DNA from: Lingula anatina
Lineage: Eukaryota; Animalia; Brachiopoda
NCBI GenBank assembly: GCA_051362555.1
Contig: CM120641.1
Location: 22,819,901-22,883,900, forward strand
Direction: 5' to 3'
Length of the DNA stretch: 64,000 nt
The position numbers and the translations under genes are program-made. Below, piece by piece: positions 57,371-64,000 of this stretch. Positions within the stretch are counted from its first letter, which is position 1; each line of letters opens with the position of its first letter. Under the pieces are notes generated by a model. It was given only the letters and a program-made list of their open reading frames with translations. It had not been told where the DNA came from and searched no databases.

Positions 57371-60300
57371 TACCTGGCCAAAATTGAAGAAAACTGCCAT
57401 ATCCGGACCTTACGAAAATCACTCAAAATCACCCAAAAATGACCCGTCAAAAATTTTTCCAAAAAGTGATGAAAATCAATTTACCACACCTGACATTCAT
57501 AAAAAATGTGGAAACGCGCCCAGGTCACTTCATTAAAGCCCCCAATTTCAGCTTTAAAGATTGCCAGAAAGCACACCTGAGAACAGGATTTGGAGAGGGG
57601 GGGGGGTGGAGAGAGTTTTTGCTCTATTTCTTCCTTAATAATGATACAACCACTCTTCCAGTACTTTATCCTCACTACAAATGACCAAACACACCTACCT
57701 GACACAATATTGAAGAAAAAAATTTTTCATCCCTACCTGGCCAAAATTGAAGAAAACTGCCATATCCGGACCTTACGAAAATCACTCAAAATCACCCAAA
57801 AATGACCCGTCAAAAAATTTTCCAAAAAGTGATGAAAATCAATTTACCACACCTGACATTCATAAAAAATGTGGAAACGCGCCCGGGTCACTTCATTAAA
57901 GCCCCCAATTTCAGCTTTAAAGATTGCCAGAAAGCACACCTGAGAACAGGATTTGGAGAGGGGGGGGTGGAGAGAGTTTTTGCTCTATTTCTTCCTTAAT
58001 AATGATACAACCACTCTTCCAGTACTTTATCCTCACTACAAATGACCAAACACACCTACCTGACACAATATTGAAGAAAAAAATTTTTCATCCCTACCTG
58101 GCCAAAATTGAAGAAAACTGCCATATCCGGACCTTACGAAAATCACTCAAAATCACCCAAAAATGACCCGTCAAAAATTTTTCCAAAAAGTGATGAAAAT
58201 CAATTTACCACACCTGACATTCATAAAAAATGTGGAAACGCGCCCGGGTCACTTCATTAAAGCCCCCAATTTCAGCTTTAAAGATTGCCAGAAAGCACAC
58301 CTGAGAACAGGATTTGGAGAGGGGGGGGTGGAGAGAGTTTTTGCTCTATTTCTTCCTTAATAATGATACAACCACTCTTCCAGTACTTTATCCTCACTAC
58401 AAATGACCAAACACACCTACCTGACACAATATTGAAGAAAAAAATTTTTCATCCCTACCTGGCCAAAATTGAAGAAAACTGCCATATCCGGACCTTACGA
58501 AAATCACTCAAAATCACCCAAAAATGACCCGTCAAAAATTTTTCCAAAAAGTGATGAAAATCAATTTACCACACCTGACATTCATAAAAAATGTGGAAAC
58601 GCGCCCAGGTCACTTCATTAAAGCCCCCAATTTCAGCTTTAAAGATTGCCAGAAAGCACACCTGAGAACAGGATTTGGAGAGGGGGGGGGTGGAGAGAGT
58701 TTTTGCTCTATTTCTTCCTTAATAATGATACAACCACTCTTCCAGTACTTTATCCTCACTACAAATGACCAAACACACCTACCTGACACAATATTGAAGA
58801 AAAAAATTTTTCATCCCTACCTGGCCAAAATTGAAGAAAACTGCCATATCCGGACCTTACGAAAATCACTCAAAATCACCCAAAAATGACCCGTCAAAAA
58901 TTTTTCCAAAAAGTGATGAAAATCAATTTACCACACCTGACATTCATAAAAAATGTGGAAACGCGCCCGGGTCACTTCATTAAAGCCCCCAATTTCAGCT
59001 TTAAAGATTGCCAGAAAGCACACCTGAGAACAGGATTTGGAGAGGGGGGGGGTGGAGAGAGTTTTTGCTCTATTTCTTCCTTAATAATGATACAACCACT
59101 CTTCCAGTACTTTATCCTCACTACAAATGACCAAACACACCTACCTGACACAATATTGAAGAAAAAAATTTTTCATCCCTACCTGGCCAAAATTGAAGAA
59201 AACTGCCATATCCGGACCTTACGAAAATCACTCAAAATCACCCAAAAATGACCCGTCAAAAATTTTTCCAAAAAGTGATGAAAATCAATTTACCACACAT
59301 GACATTCATAAAAAATGTGGAAACGCGCCCGGGTCACTTCATTAAAGCCCCCAATTTCAGCTTTAAAGATTGCCAGAAAGCACACCTGAGAACAGGATTT
59401 GGAGAGGGGGGGGGTGGAGAGAGTTTTTGCTCTATTTCTTCCTTAATAATGATACAACCACTCTTCCAGTACTTTATCCTCACTACAAATGACCAAACAC
59501 ACCTACCTGACACAATATTGAAGAAAAAAATTTTTCATCCCTACCTGGCCAAAATTGAAGAAAACTGCCATATCCGGACCTTACGAAAATCACTCAAAAT
59601 CACCCAAAAATGACCCGTCAAAAATTTTTCCAAAAAGTGATGAAAATCAATTTACCACACCTGACATTCATAAAAAATGTGGAAACGCGCCCGGGTCACT
59701 TCATTAAAGCCCCCAATTTCAGCTTTAAAGATTGCCAGAAAGCACACCTGAGAACAGGATTTGGAGAGGGGGGGGTGGAGAGAGTTTTTGCTCTATTTCT
59801 TCCTTAATAATGATACAACCACTCTTCCAGTACTTTATCCTCACTACAAATGACCAAACACACCTACCTGACACAATATTGAAGAAAAAAATTTTTCATC
59901 CCTACCTGGCCAAAATTGAAGAAAACTGCCATATCCGGACCTTACGAAAATCACTCAAAATCACCCAAAAATGACCCGTCAAAAATTTTTCCAAAAAGTG
60001 ATGAAAATCAATTTACCACACCTGACATTCATAAAAAATGTGGAAACGCGCCCGGGTCACTTCATTAAAGCCCCCAATTTCAGCTTTAAAGATTGCCAGA
60101 AAGCACACCTGAGAACAGGATTTGGAGAGGGGGGGGTGGAGAGAGTTTTTGCTCTATTTCTTCCTTAATAATGATACAACCACTCTTCCAGTACTTTATC
60201 CTCACTACAAATGACCAAACACACCTACCTGACACAATATTGAAGAAAAAAATTTTTCATCCCTACCTGGCCAAAATTGAAGAAAACTGCCATATCCGGA

Positions 60301-63300
60301 CCTTACGAAAATCACTCAAAATCACCCAAAAATGACAAGTCAAAAATTTTTCCAAAAAGTGATGAAAATCAATTTACCACACCTGACATTCATAAAAAAT
60401 GTGGAAACGCGCCCGGGTCACTTCATTAAAGCCCCTAATTTCAGCTTTAAAGATTGCCAGAAAGCACACCTGAGAACAGGATTTGGAGAGGGGGGGGTGG
60501 AGAGAGTTTTTGCTCTATTTCTTCCTTAATAATGATACAACCACTCTTCCAGTACTTTATCCTCACTACAAATGACCAAACACACCTACCTGACACAATA
60601 TTGAAGAAAAAAATTTTTCATCCCTACCTGGCCAAAATTGAAGAAAACTGCCATATCCGGACCTTACGAAAATCACTCAAAATCACCCAAAAATGACCCG
60701 TCAAAAATTTTTCCAAAAAGTGATGAAAATCAATTTACCACACCTGACATTCATAAAAAATGTGGAAACGCGCCCGGGTCACTTCATTAAAGCCCCCAAT
60801 TTCAGCTTTAAAGATTGCCAGAAAGCACACCTGAGAACAGGATTTGGAGAGGGGGGGGTGGAGAGAGTTTTTGCTCTATTTCTTCCTTAATAATGATACA
60901 ACCACTCTTCCAGTACTTTATCCTCACTACAAATGACCAAACACACCTACCTGACACAATATTGAAGAAAAAAATTTTTCATCCCTACCTGGCCAAAATT
61001 GAAGAAAACTGCCATATCCGGACCTTACGAAAATCACTCAAAATCACCCAAAAATGACCCGTCAAAAATTTTTCCAAAAAGTGATGAAAATCAATTTACC
61101 ACACCTGACATTCATAAAAAATGTGGAAACGCGCCCGGGTCACTTCATTAAAGCCCCCAATTTCAGCTTTAAAGATTGCCAGAAAGCACACCTGAGAACA
61201 GGATTTGGAGAGGGGGGGGTGGAGAGAGTTTTTGCTCTATTTCTTCCTTAATAATGATACAACCACTCTTCCAGTACTTTATCCTCACTACAAATGACCA
61301 AACACACCTACCTGACACAATATTGAAGAAAAAAATTTTTCATCCCTACCTGGCCAAAATTGAAGAAAACTGCCATATCCGGACCTTACGAAAATCACTC
61401 AAAATCACCCAAAAATGACCCGTCAAAAATTTTTCCAAAAAGTGATGAAAATCAATTTACCACACCTGACATTCATAAAAAATGTGGAAACGCGCCCGGG
61501 TCACTTCATTAAAGCCCCCAATTTCAGCTTTAAAGATTGCCAGAAAGCACACCTGAGAACAGGATTTGGAGAGGGGGGGGGTGGAGAGAGTTTTTGCTCT
61601 ATTTCTTCCTTAATAATGATACAACCACTCTTCCAGTACTTTATCCTCACTACAAATGACCAAACACACCTACCTGACACAATATTGAAGAAAAAAATTT
61701 TTCATCCCTACCTGGCCAAAATTGAAGAAAACTGCCATATCCGGACCTTACGAAAATCACTCAAAATCACCCAAAAATGACCCGTCAAAAATTTTTCCAA
61801 AAAGTGATGAAAATCAATTTACCACACCTGACATTCATAAAAAATGTGGAAACGCGCCCGGGTCACTTCATTAAAGCCCCCAATTTCAGCTTTAAAGATT
61901 GCCAGAAAGAACACCTGAGAACAGGATTTGGAGAGGGGGGGGGGGTGGAGAGAGTTTTTGCTCTATTTCTTCCTTAATAATGATACAACCACTCTTCCAG
62001 TACTTTATCCTCACTACAAATGACCAAACACACCTACCTGACACAATATTGAAGAAAAAAATTTTTCATCCCTACCTGGCCAAAATTGAAGAAAACTGCC
62101 ATATCCGGACCTTACGAAAATCACTCAAAATCACCCAAAAATGACCCGTCAAAAATTTTTCCAAAAAGTGATGAAAATCAATTTACCACACCTGACATTC
62201 ATAAAAAATGTGGAAACGCGCCCGGGTCACTTCATTAAAGCCCCCAATTTCAGCTTTAAAGATTGCCAGAAAGCACACCTGAGAACAGGATTTGGAGAGG
62301 GGGGGGTGGAGAGAGTTTTTGCTCTATTTCTTCCTTAATAATGATACAACCACTCTTCCAGTACTTTATCCTCACTACAAATGACCAAACACACCTACCT
62401 GACACAATATTGAAGAAAAAAATTTTTCATCCCTACCTGGCCAAAATTGAAGAAAACTGCCATATCCGGACCTTACGAAAATCACTCAAAATCACCCAAA
62501 AATGACCCGTCAAAAATTTTTCCAAAAAGTGATGAAAATCAATTTACCACACCTGACATTCATAAAAAATGTGGAAACGCGCCCGGGTCACTTCATTAAA
62601 GCCCCCAATTTCAGCTTTAAAGATTGCCAGAAAGCACACCTGAGAACAGGATTTGGAGAGGGGGGGGGTGGAGAGAGTTTTTGCTCTATTTCTTCCTTAA
62701 TAATGATACAACCACTCTTCCAGTACTTTATCCTCACTACAAATGACCAAACACACCTACCTGACACAATATTGAAGAAAAAAATTTTTCATCCCTACCT
62801 GGCCAAAATTGAAGAAAACTGCCATATCCGGACCTTACGAAAATCACTCAAAATCACCCAAAAATGACCCGTCAAAAATTTTTCCAAAAAGTGATGAAAA
62901 TCAATTTACCACACCTGACATTCATAAAAAATGTGGAAACGCGCCCGGGTCACTTCATTAAAGCCCCCAATTTCAGCTTTAAAGATTGCCAGAAAGCACA
63001 CCTGAGAACAGGATTTGGAGAGGGGGGGGGGTGGAGAGAGTTTTTGCTCTATTTCTTCCTTAATAATGATACAACCACTCTTCCAGTACTTTATCCTCAC
63101 TACAAATGACCAAACACACCTACCTGACACAATATTGAAGAAAAAAATTTTTCATCCCTACCTGGCCAAAATTGAAGAAAACTGCCATATCCGGACCTTA
63201 CGAAAATCACTCAAAATCACCCAAAAATGACCCGTCAAAAATTTTTCCAAAAAGTGATGAAAATCAATTTACCACACCTGACATTCATAAAAAATGTGGA

Positions 63301-64000
63301 AACGCGCCCGGGTCACTTCATTAAAGCCCCCAATTTCAGCTTTAAAGATTGCCAGAAAGCACACCTGAGAACAGGATTTGGAGAGGGGGGGGTGGAGAGA
63401 GTTTTTGCTCTATTTCTTCCTTAATAATGATACAACCACTCTTCCAGTACTTTATCCTCACTACAAATGACCAAACACACCTACCTGACACAATATTGAA
63501 GAAAAAAATTTTTCATCCCTACCTGGCCAAAATTGAAGAAAACTGCCATATCCGGACCTTACGAAAATCACTCAAAATCACCCAAAAATGACCCGTCAAA
63601 AATTTTTCCAAAAAGTGATGAAAATCAATTTACCACACCTGACATTCATAAAAAATGTGGAAACGCGCCCGGGTCACTTCATTAAAGCCCCCAATTTCAG
63701 CTTTAAAGATTGCCAGAAAGCACACCTGAGAACAGGATTTGGAGAGGGGGGGGTGGAGAGAGTTTTTGCTCTATTTCTTCCTTAATGATACAACCACTCT
63801 TCCAGTACTTTATCCTCACTACAAATGACCAAACACACCTACCTGACACAATATTGAAGAAAAAAATTTTTCATCCCTACCTGGCCAAAATTGAAGAAAA
63901 CTGCCATATCCGGACCTTACGAAAATCACTCAAAATCACCCAAAAATGACCCGTCAAAAATTTTTCCAAAAAGTGATGAAAATCAATTTACCACACCTGA

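Larger units (their letters stand above)
1..64000. repeat. Tandem satellite DNA array, ~361-bp monomer, roughly 170 head-to-tail copies
   Basis: The unit starting ATGACCCGTCAAAAATTTTTCC recurs at 4, 365, 726, 1087 ... 63588, mostly with spacing 360-367 bp. Length differences come mainly from a G-run of 7-14 nt. Units otherwise differ by a few substitutions at most. The copy number is an estimate from (64000-4x611)/~361.6. Confidence 0.99.

Noticed and set aside
4-63949. Hundreds of 60-139 aa ORFs (MTRQKFFQ..., MPESTPEN...)
   Set aside because: They are translations of the satellite monomer. The reading frame flips with G-run length, stops and frameshifts are tolerated, and no domain is recognisable.
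1-64000. CRISPR array, 5S rDNA, tRNA or snRNA tandem cluster
   Set aside because: There are no unique spacers, and I recognise no 5S, tRNA or snRNA sequence or Pol III A/B boxes in the monomer. An Rfam scan would settle it.

Overview
The whole window is one head-to-tail satellite DNA array: about 170 copies of a ~361-bp AT-rich monomer, near-identical and all in the same orientation, running off both ends. This looks like a eukaryotic centromeric or heterochromatic satellite, but the host cannot be identified from sequence alone. The array is interrupted four times (32529-33137, 35311-35919, 52901-53509, 56762-57370) by the same 609-bp non-coding element. It has 24-bp terminal inverted repeats, a TA target-site duplication and an asymmetric arrangement of four 17-bp core motifs, consistent with a MITE or non-autonomous DNA transposon. 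All four copies sit at the same monomer position and share a flanking variant, which points to one insertion later multiplied by array duplication. Diagnostic variants also reveal local higher-order repeats (8- to 12-monomer steps) and a ~21-kb block duplication. I see no credible protein-coding gene, RNA gene or CRISPR array; the ORF track is a by-product of the repeat.
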